Positions 28,566 to 38,893 of a stretch of 64,000 nucleotides of DNA are shown here, piece by piece. A model generated the notes under the pieces. The model was given only the letters and a program-made list of their open reading frames with translations. It did no database searches and was not told the DNA's origin. Every line of letters starts with the position of its first letter. Position 1 is the stretch's first letter. The position numbers were made by a program, and so were the translations under genes. The stretch covers positions 186,001 through 250,000 of the IMG/VR virus record IMGVR_UViG_3300020442_000005. One strand, written 5' to 3'.

Positions 28566-28859
28566 CCGAAGAAAGTCCCAGCCCGCGCGAAAACAATCGC
28601 TTTCGCAAACCCAGAAGTCGATGCAAAAATCACTAAATTAATAAATGAAAAACGATGGCCTCTCAGTCGTTTTGACATCAGAGATCTTGCCAAACAAATC
28701 CAACGTGTTCTTGAGCCTGTGTATGTCGGACCAACAAAAGGAGTCTACTTGAAAGGAGACGCTATCAGCCGACTCACTGCAAAGGAAGACGCAGCTGCGT
28801 TAGCCGCTTTGGTTGGACGCACACACAAAAGACTTCAACCTCATCTCTACAACAAGTAA
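28563..28859 (+). CDS. hypothetical protein, paralog 1 (ends PHLYNK)
   Basis: GGAG RBS; similar to the next ORF. Confidence 0.75.
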   Translation: MPKKVPARAKTIAFANPEVDAKITKLINEKRWPLSRFDIRDLAKQIQRVLEPVYVGPTKGVYLKGDAISRLTAKEDAAALAALVGRTHKRLQPHLYNK

Positions 28860-28872
28860 CAAGGGAGACATC

Positions 28873-29160
28873 ATGCCTAATATGAATCGCGCAAAGACAG
28901 CAGCTTGCACCATTCCTGAGCTCAAAGCTGAGCTTGAGAGACACATGAATTTTCATAGACCTATCTATCAAGGTGATGTCATAGCCTTAGCAAAAGAGAT
29001 TCGAGATAGTATCGTAGATATCTATGTTGGCCCGGGTCCTCACACCGTCTTGGAATGGAAACACCGGAACAGACTCGCTGCTAAAGAAGATGCAAGGGCT
29101 CTTGCAAATGCAATCGCAGCACACCATCGCAAAGTCAAACCACATCTCTACAACAAGTAA
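28873..29160 (+). CDS. hypothetical protein, paralog 2 (ends PHLYNK)
   Basis: GGGAG RBS; shares RAKT, LAKxI, YVGP and RLxAKEDAxALA with paralog 1. Confidence 0.75.
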   Translation: MPNMNRAKTAACTIPELKAELERHMNFHRPIYQGDVIALAKEIRDSIVDIYVGPGPHTVLEWKHRNRLAAKEDARALANAIAAHHRKVKPHLYNK

Positions 29161-29179
29161 GCCAAAACCTGGAGGCAAT

Positions 29180-29401
29180 ATGACAGAACAACCTAGATTC
29201 AATCCTGGCGATCGCGTCGCTGTCGAAATCACCCAAAATCCAGACGTTAAGCATGGCGACGGTGGCATTGTGGTCAACGTCCGGCAAAGCACCTACGGCG
29301 GTGGCTGGTATTATGACGTTATTCTTGATACCGGCATCAAGCTCGGTAACTATCATGAGGGAATCTTTATCAAAGAAGACAATAATCAAAACCGGAGATA
29401 A
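29180..29401 (+). CDS. small SH3/KOW-like hypothetical protein
   Basis: GGAGG RBS; RFNPGDRV...G.VV...YYDV. Confidence 0.6.
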   Translation: MTEQPRFNPGDRVAVEITQNPDVKHGDGGIVVNVRQSTYGGGWYYDVILDTGIKLGNYHEGIFIKEDNNQNRR

Positions 29402-29402
29402 T

Positions 29403-30167
29403 ATGGCTAAAAGAAAATCAGCTCAGAAAAGATTCGACGAAATGAAGTCTCTGATAGAATCATATTCTACGGTTGAAAGAGAATTCTTTTCCTGGGATAT
29501 AAAATTTATGAACGCAATGATGGAAAGAATATGGCTTGGTCAAGCGTTGTCTAAAAAGATGCGTGCCAAAATTGATGAACTAGTCGATATCGGAAAAAAA
29601 GAACTACCATTGAAGACGCCTAGAATCGTCGAGCTGGAAAATGCAGTTCCATTTCACAACGAAAGAGAACAACAGATATTGAGAAGTTTTATTACCACTC
29701 TATATAAAAGATGGAAGCTGAGTGAAAAACAATCAAAACTTGCAGATGATCTAGTTGAGCAGGCCGGCCGACCTCCTTGGATCCCATCGGCAGAAGAGGA
29801 AGCAGACATCGATATTATTTGCACCATTGCCGTAACTTATGACGCGATGTGGTATGGAAATAATCCATCAGCAAAACGTGTACTCGATAAGCTGCAAGAT
29901 TACAAGATTCAAGGTGCCAGAATTACATATCAGGACTACGAGTTCGCAAAGAAGAAATTCGCAGGTGGATTTAGAAAGATGAAAACACCTAGGTTTCAGA
30001 GTGGAGACAAGGCCTTCACTTCGGTTGATTGCGCCTGGAATGAACCAAAAAGATTTTGTCTTGTACTTGAAGGACCGTATGTAAAAGGCCGGCATATAGT
30101 TTATGATGTAATGCTTGACGGTACAATTACAACAATTACCAATGATCAATTATACAAAAGGAGATAA
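29403..30167 (+). CDS. hypothetical protein
   Basis: GGAG RBS; start reassigned. Confidence 0.7.
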   Translation: MAKRKSAQKRFDEMKSLIESYSTVEREFFSWDIKFMNAMMERIWLGQALSKKMRAKIDELVDIGKKELPLKTPRIVELENAVPFHNEREQQILRSFITTLYKRWKLSEKQSKLADDLVEQAGRPPWIPSAEEEADIDIICTIAVTYDAMWYGNNPSAKRVLDKLQDYKIQGARITYQDYEFAKKKFAGGFRKMKTPRFQSGDKAFTSVDCAWNEPKRFCLVLEGPYVKGRHIVYDVMLDGTITTITNDQLYKRR

Positions 30168-30170
30168 CAA

Positions 30171-30422
30171 ATGTCAGCAACACAACAAGAAATCAACGAT
30201 ACAGTAGAGCATTTCAAGATTTTGAGAGCTGGAATGCGCCAATCGGTAGAAGTACAATTCATGCATATGGCAAAAGGCGGAGACGGCTCAGCCGCATTAG
30301 AAGGTGCAATCCGGAAGGAGTATTACCCTACATGGACAACCGCAGACTTTCAAAAAGTGTGTGATATGATGGGCTGGGATTATAACAATGCAAGAATCCA
30401 ATCACCGGAGACATCACCATGA
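30171..30422 (+). CDS. hypothetical protein
   Basis: AGGAG RBS. Confidence 0.65.
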   Translation: MSATQQEINDTVEHFKILRAGMRQSVEVQFMHMAKGGDGSAALEGAIRKEYYPTWTTADFQKVCDMMGWDYNNARIQSPETSP

Positions 30423-31252
30423 AAGAAGAAACAGAACGCAAAAAATACAGGGAATTAAGTATTGCCGAGATAACAAAATTTATAAAGTTGATGAGCAAGA
30501 AAAAATTTAAGTATGAAGATTACGTAAAATCAGAAGAGGACTGGTGGGATTTGACAAATTTCGTAGCCCAGTTTGGCAACAACAACTCTCCTAGAACCAT
30601 GTGGCTCAAGTTGGCGGACAAGAACGAGGCCACCCGGGAATGGCTGGGCGAATATTCTTGTGGAGACTCTGGTTTAGAAAGCGCGATCGCTGATATCTTC
30701 TTTTCTAGCGAGGGTGGCCAATCCTCATATAGGAACTATTGGCCTCAAGGCCGTCGGCAGTCTTTTACTTATAAGTACAATAGAATTATTAGTGCGATTC
30801 AACATTTCCATCGTATGGAGCTTCGAAACCCTGATCGTGATCATGGGTACATGTATGGAAGCCGAACATGTTTTCGAAAGTCGTTTGACATTACGTCATT
30901 GTGGGTTTCTCAACATCGACACTACGGGAGTATAGATAACGGCTACTTAGGTGTAGCAGACGCAAAAGACATAGAAGAAGCGTTAATGCAGTTTAAAATG
31001 TTTGTATACCCATTAATTGGGCTCACTGAAGATAATCCGGATATTACACGCGTTGAAACCAGCTGGAAATGTTATGTTTCTCAAGAACAAAAGCTAGATG
31101 CATATATTGTTTTGAATGGAGAGTTAATTAAGAAACGTACGGAACACAACGATTCACACGATCAGGCACTTCATGATATACAAAAACGAATCGATTTCAA
31201 TAACCGCATAATTGAAACTGCCCGGGGAAACCTATTGGCGAACATGGCATAG
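30419..31252 (+). CDS. hypothetical protein
   Basis: ATGA overlap. Confidence 0.7.
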   Translation: MKEETERKKYRELSIAEITKFIKLMSKKKFKYEDYVKSEEDWWDLTNFVAQFGNNNSPRTMWLKLADKNEATREWLGEYSCGDSGLESAIADIFFSSEGGQSSYRNYWPQGRRQSFTYKYNRIISAIQHFHRMELRNPDRDHGYMYGSRTCFRKSFDITSLWVSQHRHYGSIDNGYLGVADAKDIEEALMQFKMFVYPLIGLTEDNPDITRVETSWKCYVSQEQKLDAYIVLNGELIKKRTEHNDSHDQALHDIQKRIDFNNRIIETARGNLLANMA

Positions 31253-31254
31253 GT

Positions 31255-31482
31255 TTGACAATGATTAAAGTTGGTGATAGAGTGTTTTACTATGAAGACA
31301 ATTGCAAATGTACGGGTTTTGGACTAGTAATCGATGAGGTGCAAGAGAGTGAAAAATACAAAATCACAAAGAGCCATATCAAAAAAAACAATTTAAATGT
31401 CCAGATTTTTTTGATACTTAAGGATAACGGGCAGCTCGAAGAATTTGTTGAAGTAGATTTAAAAAAGGTTGTGGACTTTTAG
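31255..31482 (+). CDS. small hypothetical protein
   Basis: IKVGDRV SH3-like start. Confidence 0.55.
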   Translation: MTMIKVGDRVFYYEDNCKCTGFGLVIDEVQESEKYKITKSHIKKNNLNVQIFLILKDNGQLEEFVEVDLKKVVDF

Positions 31483-31484
31483 AC

Positions 31485-31691
31485 ATGTCAAAAATGGTAA
31501 AGATATCTCAAGATTACGTAAAGCAACGGCAGCTGCCATCAGATATAGGGCTGGTTATCAGAGGTCCGTATGAACATGTTATGAAACTGACGCAGAATCT
31601 TGAAAGCTGCGAAGTGATGTATGATGTTTTAATTGACGGAAATATAGTTAATCTCATTCCAGTGGTTTACTGTCAAAAATTAAAGCGGTAA
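31485..31691 (+). CDS. small hypothetical protein
   Basis: In operon. Confidence 0.55.
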   Translation: MSKMVKISQDYVKQRQLPSDIGLVIRGPYEHVMKLTQNLESCEVMYDVLIDGNIVNLIPVVYCQKLKR

Positions 31692-31703
31692 AATAGTCTC
31701 TAA

Positions 31704-32015
31704 ATGGAGATTATTTTGAGCCAACATTTATATATCATTCAATCAGATAAAACGGGATCCTTAAAAATTGGAAGAAGCAAAGATCCAGAAAAAAGATTAA
31801 AACAGCTTCAGACGGGATCCCCATATTCTTTGCGTTTAATATTGATTATCGAGAATAGCGGCCACATGGAAAAACAGCTGCACAATCACCTGAAGCGATA
31901 TAAAGAAAGACGTCGTGGTGAATGGTTTGATTTTGAATGTGCAGGATCATTGCCCGACTGGATATGTGAAATGATAAACTGGGATGAAGCAAATGTCTGG
32001 TGGAACAAAAATTAA
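31704..32015 (+). CDS. T5orf172/MUG113 GIY-YIG-like protein
   Basis: LYII....LKIGRS.DPEKRLKQLQTGSP...EKQLH...RGEWF. Confidence 0.85.
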   Translation: MEIILSQHLYIIQSDKTGSLKIGRSKDPEKRLKQLQTGSPYSLRLILIIENSGHMEKQLHNHLKRYKERRRGEWFDFECAGSLPDWICEMINWDEANVWWNKN

Positions 32016-32379
32016 TTATTATATGATCTTTGGTGTTAAGCCTGATGCAGATCAATCTGAGATAAAGAGTCGCTATAAAAAACTGGCAATGCAGTTCCAC
32101 CCAGACATGGCCACTGGTGACGAAGAGTATTTTAAACTAGTAACCCAAGCCTACTCAATCCTCAGCGATCCGTATAAACGTGCGGTATACAACATAGATC
32201 TATTTTCTGGTTCACTTTCTCATATTGAAAACACCAAATCTTTATGCCCAGTGTGCAACGGGAATGGATCTTATGTTTCGAAAGTTAAATATGGAAGGTA
32301 CAAAGTGGATTCAAAAATAGTTTGTACAACATGCAGAGGGACTGGTATTATAGTAAGTGAAAATCCTATTGGAGAATAA
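31984..32379 (+). CDS. mini DnaJ-like protein (J domain plus two CxxCxGxG)
   Basis: YKKLAMQFHPD, AYSILSD, CPVCNGNG, CTTCRGTG. Confidence 0.85.
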   Translation: MKQMSGGTKINYYMIFGVKPDADQSEIKSRYKKLAMQFHPDMATGDEEYFKLVTQAYSILSDPYKRAVYNIDLFSGSLSHIENTKSLCPVCNGNGSYVSKVKYGRYKVDSKIVCTTCRGTGIIVSENPIGE

Positions 32380-32517
32380 ATGTATTATGTTAGGAGCGTC
32401 GTTAGATTTATAAGTCAACGGCTATGTAAACCAAAAACAATAAACAAAGAATTAGATCCGGAGTACTGTGATGCCTGTGAATGCACGCCCTGTGATTGCG
32501 GATTTGGGAGTTATTAA
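32380..32517 (+). CDS. 45-aa Cys-rich peptide (not in ORF track)
   Basis: GGAG RBS; ends YCDACECTPCDCGFGSY; TAATG-coupled to metK. Confidence 0.6.
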   Translation: MYYVRSVVRFISQRLCKPKTINKELDPEYCDACECTPCDCGFGSY

Positions 32518-33500
32518 TGTCATTTAAAAATTATAGAACAGCAGAATGCGTCACACCAAAACATCCGGACAAAATTTGTGATACGATTTCTGACGCAATC
32601 TTAGACCATTGTCTTAAGTCAGATCCATATTCTCGAGTTGCCATTGAGACTGCTGGCGGCCATGGCCATATTCACATCACTGGTGAGATTACAACAAATG
32701 CCTTTTTGCCGCTTGAAGAAATTGCAACAGAGGTTTATGGAAAGCCAATCAAAGTTACGACCAATGTTGTACAACAAAGCAATGAGATCGCGCAAGGTGT
32801 TGACACAGGTGGAGCCGGAGATCAAGGGATTATGGTAGGCTATGCATGCGATCACAATCCAGAAATGATTCCAAACGAGTTGTTTCTTTCAAGACAGATC
32901 TGCAAAGAAATATTTAAAGCCTTTCCGTTTGATGGTAAAACACAGGTCACTCTAGAAAACAACAAAATCAAGACAGTTGTTGCCAGTTTTCAAAACGCTC
33001 CGAAAACAGAACTGACAAGAATCATCAATGGTTGGCTAAGGTCTTGTAGTTTTCCAGTCGATGATAACGTTACCCTTCACTGTAACCCAGCTGGAGATTG
33101 GAAAGTCGGTGGCTTTGATGCGGATGCCGGACTTACCGGTAGAAAGATCGTGATTGATAACTATGGCCCAGCTATCCCAGTCGGTGGAGGAGCATTCTCT
33201 GGTAAAGATCCAACAAAAGTAGATCGGTCCGCCGCATATATGGCTAGAAAAATTGCTGTAGATCACTTGCAACTTCTTCCAAAAAGAAAAGATGGAAACG
33301 AAATCTACGTTTATCTTGCTTATGCTATTGGCTATGACCAACCTGTACAAGCAACGATGATCGTTAACGGAAAAGAGAAATTAGTAACTGGATACGATTT
33401 AAGTCCGAACGGAATTATTGAGCATCTGGATCTAAGAAAACCAAAGTACTTTGAAACTGCACGTTGGGGCCATATGGGCACTGACCAAACATGGGGATAA
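32517..33500 (+). CDS. metK: S-adenosylmethionine synthetase (compact form)
   Basis: ECVTPKHPDKICDTISD, GAGDQG, DGKTQVT, DAGLTGRK, GGGAFSGKDPTKVDRS. Confidence 0.95.
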   Translation: MSFKNYRTAECVTPKHPDKICDTISDAILDHCLKSDPYSRVAIETAGGHGHIHITGEITTNAFLPLEEIATEVYGKPIKVTTNVVQQSNEIAQGVDTGGAGDQGIMVGYACDHNPEMIPNELFLSRQICKEIFKAFPFDGKTQVTLENNKIKTVVASFQNAPKTELTRIINGWLRSCSFPVDDNVTLHCNPAGDWKVGGFDADAGLTGRKIVIDNYGPAIPVGGGAFSGKDPTKVDRSAAYMARKIAVDHLQLLPKRKDGNEIYVYLAYAIGYDQPVQATMIVNGKEKLVTGYDLSPNGIIEHLDLRKPKYFETARWGHMGTDQTWG

Positions 33501-33501
33501 A

Positions 33502-33945
33502 ATGAGTTCTGAATCAACACCAAAACCAAAAAGAAAAAGAAACTGGGCAAAGAACAGAGATATTCTGAAAGCTATACCAAACCCTTCCGGGGATGCGTAT
33601 GAGATTAAAATGAAAATACCTGAGCTTACATTTGAAGGTGTTCGATCTCAGCCGGATTTTGCTAATCTGTATATCACTTTTTACCCGGGCAAAAAAGTTA
33701 TTGAGCTTAAGTCATTGAAAGAATATTTCTTTGCTTTTAGATCACAAATATATTCATATGAAAGAATCATCAATGTTATCTACGATGATATGATGGCTGT
33801 GTATGAACCAACAAGATTGCGACTGGTCATGACTTGTAATCCTCGTGGTGGGATCTCGTCTAAATTAACTGTAGATTCAGACTGGGGAGTTCGTGGTGGC
33901 AATGACCAGTTTATGGATTGGGTAGGGCAAAAAGAAGAATGGTAA
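33502..33945 (+). CDS. QueF-like T-fold protein lacking the catalytic Cys
   Basis: IPNP, PELT, QPDFA, ELKSLK, YE, PRGGIS; TFEGV replaces TSLCP. Confidence 0.8.
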   Translation: MSSESTPKPKRKRNWAKNRDILKAIPNPSGDAYEIKMKIPELTFEGVRSQPDFANLYITFYPGKKVIELKSLKEYFFAFRSQIYSYERIINVIYDDMMAVYEPTRLRLVMTCNPRGGISSKLTVDSDWGVRGGNDQFMDWVGQKEEW

Positions 33946-36900
33946 GTTTTGATAAAAATCAGATCTATATTATTGATGGTGCAATGGGCACCGAAATACA
34001 GAAAAGACAGGTTGAATCCAAATTCTTTAAATACGAAGGAATCGACTGCGATGGCTTTAATGATATTTTGGTGCTCACCAAACCCGGCCTGATAAAAGAT
34101 ATACACGGTGATTACATCAACTCCGGCGCAAATATCATTGAGACAAATACCTTTAACGCTAATTATATTTCAGCGTTAGATTACGGACTTAGTGATGGAG
34201 CGATCGATAAAATAAACTTTAGCGCTGCCAAAATTGCAAAACAGGCTGCAAAAAAATCTAAAGAAGAGGTGTATGTAGCCGGTGTTTTAGGCCCGACTTC
34301 AAAAACTTTAAGCATGTCACCAAACGTTACAGATCCTTCTTATAGAGATATCACGTACCATGAATTACTCAATGCTTATAAAGCCGCAACTGAAAATCTA
34401 ATTCGTGGTGGCGCAGATTTGATTTTAATCGAAACAGTCTTTGACACACTTAATGCCAAGGCTGCGATTGAGGCTGTGAGACTGGTAGGAGAAGATATTC
34501 CTATCATGATATCAGGTACAATCGTTGACATGTCTGGTCGGACTTTATCTGGCCAGACTGTCGAGGCTTTTTGGAATTCCATTAAACACGCAAGGCCTAT
34601 TAGTGTTGGTTTGAATTGTGCGCTAGGTGCAAAGCAAATGGATCCATTTCTGCGGCGTCTAGCAGACGTCAGTGGTTGCGCAATCAGCGCACATCCGAAC
34701 GCGGGGTTACCAAACGAATTAGGTGAATACGACCAATCCCCGTCTGATATGGCAAACTATATTAAGAACTGGGCAAAAGCCGGGATTGTAAATATAATAG
34801 GTGGATGTTGTGGGTCGACTCCGGATCACATCAAAAAGATAGCCAACACCGTAAAAAAGTTTAAACCCAAAAGGCACATAACCAGAAGTTTTAATTTGGA
34901 CCGGTCAATGATTCTTTCTGGTTTAGAGGTCTTTGATAGCAAAGGAAAGAACTTTATTAATATTGGCGAGCGAACAAACGTCACTGGGTCTTCAAGGTTT
35001 AAAAAATGTATCGTAGAAAAAAGATATGATGATGCGTTGAATATTGCTCGTTCGCAGATTCTAAATGGCGCCCAGATTATCGATATCAATATGGACGATG
35101 GACTCTTAGATTCTAAGAGTGAAATGATTAATTTTTTAAAAATGTTGGCATGCGAGCCTGATATTGCAAAAGTACCAATCATGCTTGATTCTTCGAAGTG
35201 GGATATCCTATCGGAAGCCATGAGATGGATACAAGGGAAAGGTATTGTAAATTCAATTTCTCTTAAAGATGGAGAATCAGACTTTCTTGCCCGGGCAAAA
35301 GAAATTGTTTCGTGCGGACACGCTTTTGTGGTAATGGCTTTTGATGAAAAAGGGCAGGCTGATACTTTTGATAGAAAAATAGAGATATGTGAACGCGCTT
35401 ATTGGATTTTAGTTAACGCAGGAATAAAGCCACAAGACATTATTTTTGATCCAAATATCTTTGCAATCGCCACCGGGATAGAAGAACACGACAACTATGC
35501 AGTCGACTTTATAACTGCTACTGCATGGATTAAAAAGAACCTGCCTGGATGCTACGTCTCCGGAGGATTATCAAACCTATCATTCTCTTTCAGGGGAAAT
35601 CCTCGCGTGAGAGAGATGATGCATTCCGTCTTTTTGTTTCATGCTATCAAAGCCGGGTTGGACATGGCGATTGTAAACGCAGGTCAACTAATGGTGTACG
35701 ACCAGATCGATCAAGGCCATCGGGACATTGTTGAATCTGTTATTTTAAATAAGCATGAAGAAGCATCGGCACAGCTTTTAGAATTAGCAAAATCTCTATC
35801 TGGTAAAACCCGAGTAGAATCTAACGGGTTCCAAGAATGGCGTAACGAAGAGGTTGAAGAAAGAATATCTTTTGCCCTTATAAACGGTATCGATAAATTT
35901 ATCGTCGAAGATGTCAAGGAATGTTACAACAAAATAGGCTCGGCATTAAACGTTGTTGAAGGACCGTTGATGGATGGTATGAACGTAGTTGGAGACCTTT
36001 TTGGCTCCGGTAAAATGTTTTTACCTCAAGTAGTCAAGTCAGCGCGTGTAATGAAAAAAGCAGTCTCGTGGCTCGAGCCTTTTATGGTTGGCACAGATGA
36101 AGCAATACAGAGGGAAAAAATACTGCTTGCCACAGTTAAAGGCGACGTTCATGACATTGGAAAAAACATTGTTAGTATAGTTCTTCAATGTAATGGATAC
36201 GAGATAGTTGATCTAGGAGTCATGGTTCCATTAGAAAAGATACTAGAGGAAGCTGATAAACACCAGGTTGCAGCAATCGGTCTTAGCGGATTGATTACAC
36301 CAAGTTTAGATGAGATGGTTAAAGTTGCTCGAGCAATGAATGAAAGACAAATGGATATACCTTTACTAATTGGTGGAGCAACAACATCAAAAGTTCACAC
36401 GGCAATCAAAATATCTCCGGAGTACTCAAAAACAGTATATATACAAAATGCATCGATTGCAGTCGGAATTGTTAATGACGTGTTAAGTAAGAGTGATGCA
36501 TTCGATAAGATTAATAGGGATTATGAAGAAACTAGGGAGAGAAGAAACTCGAGAAAGCAAACGTTTGTAAGTGTTTCTGATGCAAGAAGAAATGCATATC
36601 AGCTAAAAGGAAAGCCACAGATTCCAGATAACTTTGGAATGACTATCAAAAGCAAAGCTTCAGTTTCAGAGATCATACCATATATTGATTGGGCACCGTT
36701 TGCAATGACTTGGGGAATGAAACCAAAAGATCTTACAAGCCAAGTCGGTAAAGATCTAATGAAGGATGCCCGAGAAATGCTTCGAAAACTTGATGATAAG
36801 ATTGTAGTTAACTATTCATTTGCTATCGATAAATGTACAAAAACAAATAATGACGATGTACTGGTGAAAAGACCGGATAAATCAACGACTTTTAATTTCA

Positions 36901-37454
36901 TGAGGCAAGCAACAAAAAAATCTCGGCCGAATCTTTGTTTGACAGATTTCTTACATCAGGAAGATTGGATAGGGTCTTTTGCGGTCTGGGTGTGCGGAAT
37001 CGATAAGAGAGCAGACATGCTCAGATTAGCCAACGATGATTACGGATCGATCATGATGCAAGCGCTTGGGGATAGACTCGCCGAAGCAACGGCTGAATGG
37101 CTACACGAGAGGGTTCGTAAGTCATGGTGGGGTTACTCAAAAGACGAAAACTTGACAAATACCGACCTTATAAAAGAGCGTTACTTAGGAATCAGGCCAG
37201 CACCCGGATATCCAGCCTGTCCGGATCATACCCAGAAGATAAAAATATTAAACTGGTTAGAAATTAGTGATACAATAGAGCTGACCGAGGGTTTAACAAT
37301 GTCGCCAAAGTCCGCAATATGTGGTTGGTACTTTGCAAGTGCAGAATCAAAATACTTCGGTGTTGGAAAAATACCAGACGAATACGTAGAAGATTTAAAA
37401 GAAAGAAATCCATATCTAAAAAAATACAAAAATCATATAACGGGAGTTAGTTAA
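33939..37454 (+). CDS. metH: cobalamin-dependent methionine synthase, full four-module form
   Basis: [51 protein letters not shown]. Confidence 0.96.
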   Translation: MVSFDKNQIYIIDGAMGTEIQKRQVESKFFKYEGIDCDGFNDILVLTKPGLIKDIHGDYINSGANIIETNTFNANYISALDYGLSDGAIDKINFSAAKIAKQAAKKSKEEVYVAGVLGPTSKTLSMSPNVTDPSYRDITYHELLNAYKAATENLIRGGADLILIETVFDTLNAKAAIEAVRLVGEDIPIMISGTIVDMSGRTLSGQTVEAFWNSIKHARPISVGLNCALGAKQMDPFLRRLADVSGCAISAHPNAGLPNELGEYDQSPSDMANYIKNWAKAGIVNIIGGCCGSTPDHIKKIANTVKKFKPKRHITRSFNLDRSMILSGLEVFDSKGKNFINIGERTNVTGSSRFKKCIVEKRYDDALNIARSQILNGAQIIDINMDDGLLDSKSEMINFLKMLACEPDIAKVPIMLDSSKWDILSEAMRWIQGKGIVNSISLKDGESDFLARAKEIVSCGHAFVVMAFDEKGQADTFDRKIEICERAYWILVNAGIKPQDIIFDPNIFAIATGIEEHDNYAVDFITATAWIKKNLPGCYVSGGLSNLSFSFRGNPRVREMMHSVFLFHAIKAGLDMAIVNAGQLMVYDQIDQGHRDIVESVILNKHEEASAQLLELAKSLSGKTRVESNGFQEWRNEEVEERISFALINGIDKFIVEDVKECYNKIGSALNVVEGPLMDGMNVVGDLFGSGKMFLPQVVKSARVMKKAVSWLEPFMVGTDEAIQREKILLATVKGDVHDIGKNIVSIVLQCNGYEIVDLGVMVPLEKILEEADKHQVAAIGLSGLITPSLDEMVKVARAMNERQMDIPLLIGGATTSKVHTAIKISPEYSKTVYIQNASIAVGIVNDVLSKSDAFDKINRDYEETRERRNSRKQTFVSVSDARRNAYQLKGKPQIPDNFGMTIKSKASVSEIIPYIDWAPFAMTWGMKPKDLTSQVGKDLMKDAREMLRKLDDKIVVNYSFAIDKCTKTNNDDVLVKRPDKSTTFNFMRQATKKSRPNLCLTDFLHQEDWIGSFAVWVCGIDKRADMLRLANDDYGSIMMQALGDRLAEATAEWLHERVRKSWWGYSKDENLTNTDLIKERYLGIRPAPGYPACPDHTQKIKILNWLEISDTIELTEGLTMSPKSAICGWYFASAESKYFGVGKIPDEYVEDLKERNPYLKKYKNHITGVS

Positions 37455-37455
37455 C

Positions 37456-38784
37456 ATGGATAAATTTACAGATTACAAAGTCGCAGATACAAATCTATGG
37501 CGTTGGGGAAAAGACGAGGTAGAATTAGCAGAACATGAAATGCCAGGCCTCATGGCACTGCGTGAAAAGTATGCAGCAGACAAACCACTTCAAGGAGCTA
37601 GAATTGCCGGGTGTTTGCATATGACAATCCAGACCGCTGTTTTAATCGACACTCTTGTCGAGCTTGGCGCAGATGTACGTTGGATGACGTGTAATATCTA
37701 TTCGACACAAGATCACGCCGCGGCATACATTGCAGAGCAGCAAATCCCAGTGTTTGCTTGGAAGGGAATGACCGAGGATGACTATGAGGAATGTTTAGAA
37801 AAAGTCTTATGGTTCGATGAAGGCGTAGGTCCAAACATGATTCTAGATGACGGTGGTGACCTCACAGGATATATCCTGAAGAACCATCCGGATCTTTATA
37901 AGGATATTAAGGGTATCTCCGAAGAGACAACTACTGGTGTTTTAAGATTGGTAGAGTATCAAAACGATGGGGTCCTGCCGGTACCTTGCTTTAACGTTAA
38001 CGATTCTGTTACTAAATCAAAGTTTGACAACAAGTACGGATGTCGTGAGTCGTGTGTTGATGCGATTCGAAGAGCGACAGACATCATGATGGCGGGAAAA
38101 GTTGCGACTGTGGCTGGCTATGGCGACGTAGGTAAAGGTTCTGCTGCTAGTCTGTCCGCGGCTGGCTGTCGTGTTATTGTCACTGAGATCGATCCAATCT
38201 GTGCATTGCAAGCCGTAATGGACGGATTCCAGGTTTTACCTATGGACGAAGCGGTTAAGCAATCCGACATTGTAGTTACAGCAACCGGTAATTGCGACGT
38301 GGTTAGATCAGAACATTTTTCCAATATGAAAGACAACGTTATCGTTTGTAACATTGGACATTTTGATAACGAGATCGATGTAGCATGGTTAAACGAGAAC
38401 TTCGAATCCAAAAACGTAAAACCACAGGTCGACGTATATTATCTTCCGTCCGGACTGACTGATAATAAACCAAATCCTCCGTACAAGAAGATCGTTCTGT
38501 TAGCACAGGGAAGACTAGTGAATCTAGGTTGCGCCACCGGGCATCCAAGCTTTGTTATGTCCTGTTCTTTTGCAAATCAGGTACTTGCACAGATCGAGTT
38601 ATTTTTGAACTCTGATAATTATGAAAATAAAGTTTATGTGCTCCCAAAGATTCTTGACGAAGAGGTTGCCAGATTGCATCTCGATCACGTTGGCGCCAAA
38701 CTCGATAAACTTTCAAACGTTCAGTCGAAATACATTGGCGTGAAACAAACCGGTCCATTTAAGTCTGACGAATATCGTTACTAG
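37456..38784 (+). CDS. ahcY: S-adenosylhomocysteine hydrolase
   Basis: [62 protein letters not shown] end. Confidence 0.96.
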   Translation: MDKFTDYKVADTNLWRWGKDEVELAEHEMPGLMALREKYAADKPLQGARIAGCLHMTIQTAVLIDTLVELGADVRWMTCNIYSTQDHAAAYIAEQQIPVFAWKGMTEDDYEECLEKVLWFDEGVGPNMILDDGGDLTGYILKNHPDLYKDIKGISEETTTGVLRLVEYQNDGVLPVPCFNVNDSVTKSKFDNKYGCRESCVDAIRRATDIMMAGKVATVAGYGDVGKGSAASLSAAGCRVIVTEIDPICALQAVMDGFQVLPMDEAVKQSDIVVTATGNCDVVRSEHFSNMKDNVIVCNIGHFDNEIDVAWLNENFESKNVKPQVDVYYLPSGLTDNKPNPPYKKIVLLAQGRLVNLGCATGHPSFVMSCSFANQVLAQIELFLNSDNYENKVYVLPKILDEEVARLHLDHVGAKLDKLSNVQSKYIGVKQTGPFKSDEYRY

Positions 38785-38806
38785 ATTTAAAACACTGCGC
38801 CAATGG

Positions 38807-38833
38807 AAAGGAGGGTTAATCCCTCCTTTCTTA
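38807..38833 (+). terminator. intrinsic terminator after ahcY
   Basis: aaaggaggg-ttaat-ccctccttt then T-rich. Confidence 0.75.
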
Positions 38834-38836
38834 ATT

Positions 38837-38867
38837 TGTAAAAATGCAGATTAGCTATTATATTATA
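38837..38867 (+). promoter_or_regulatory. promoter TGTAAAA-N15-TATATTATA
   Basis: Recurrent motif. Confidence 0.6.
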
Positions 38868-38893
38868 GTACACGTTACTTATAGGGAGACATT

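Noticed and set aside
31704-32015. GIY-YIG genes (also 44473) as intron-encoded homing endonucleases
   Set aside because: Both are short, free-standing, catalytic-domain-only ORFs; no interrupted host gene, intron or intein was detected in dnaE, metH or elsewhere.
33502-33945. Evidence for 7-deazaguanine DNA modification
   Set aside because: The catalytic Cys is missing and no dpdA/queC/queD/queE/folE is recognisable in the window.
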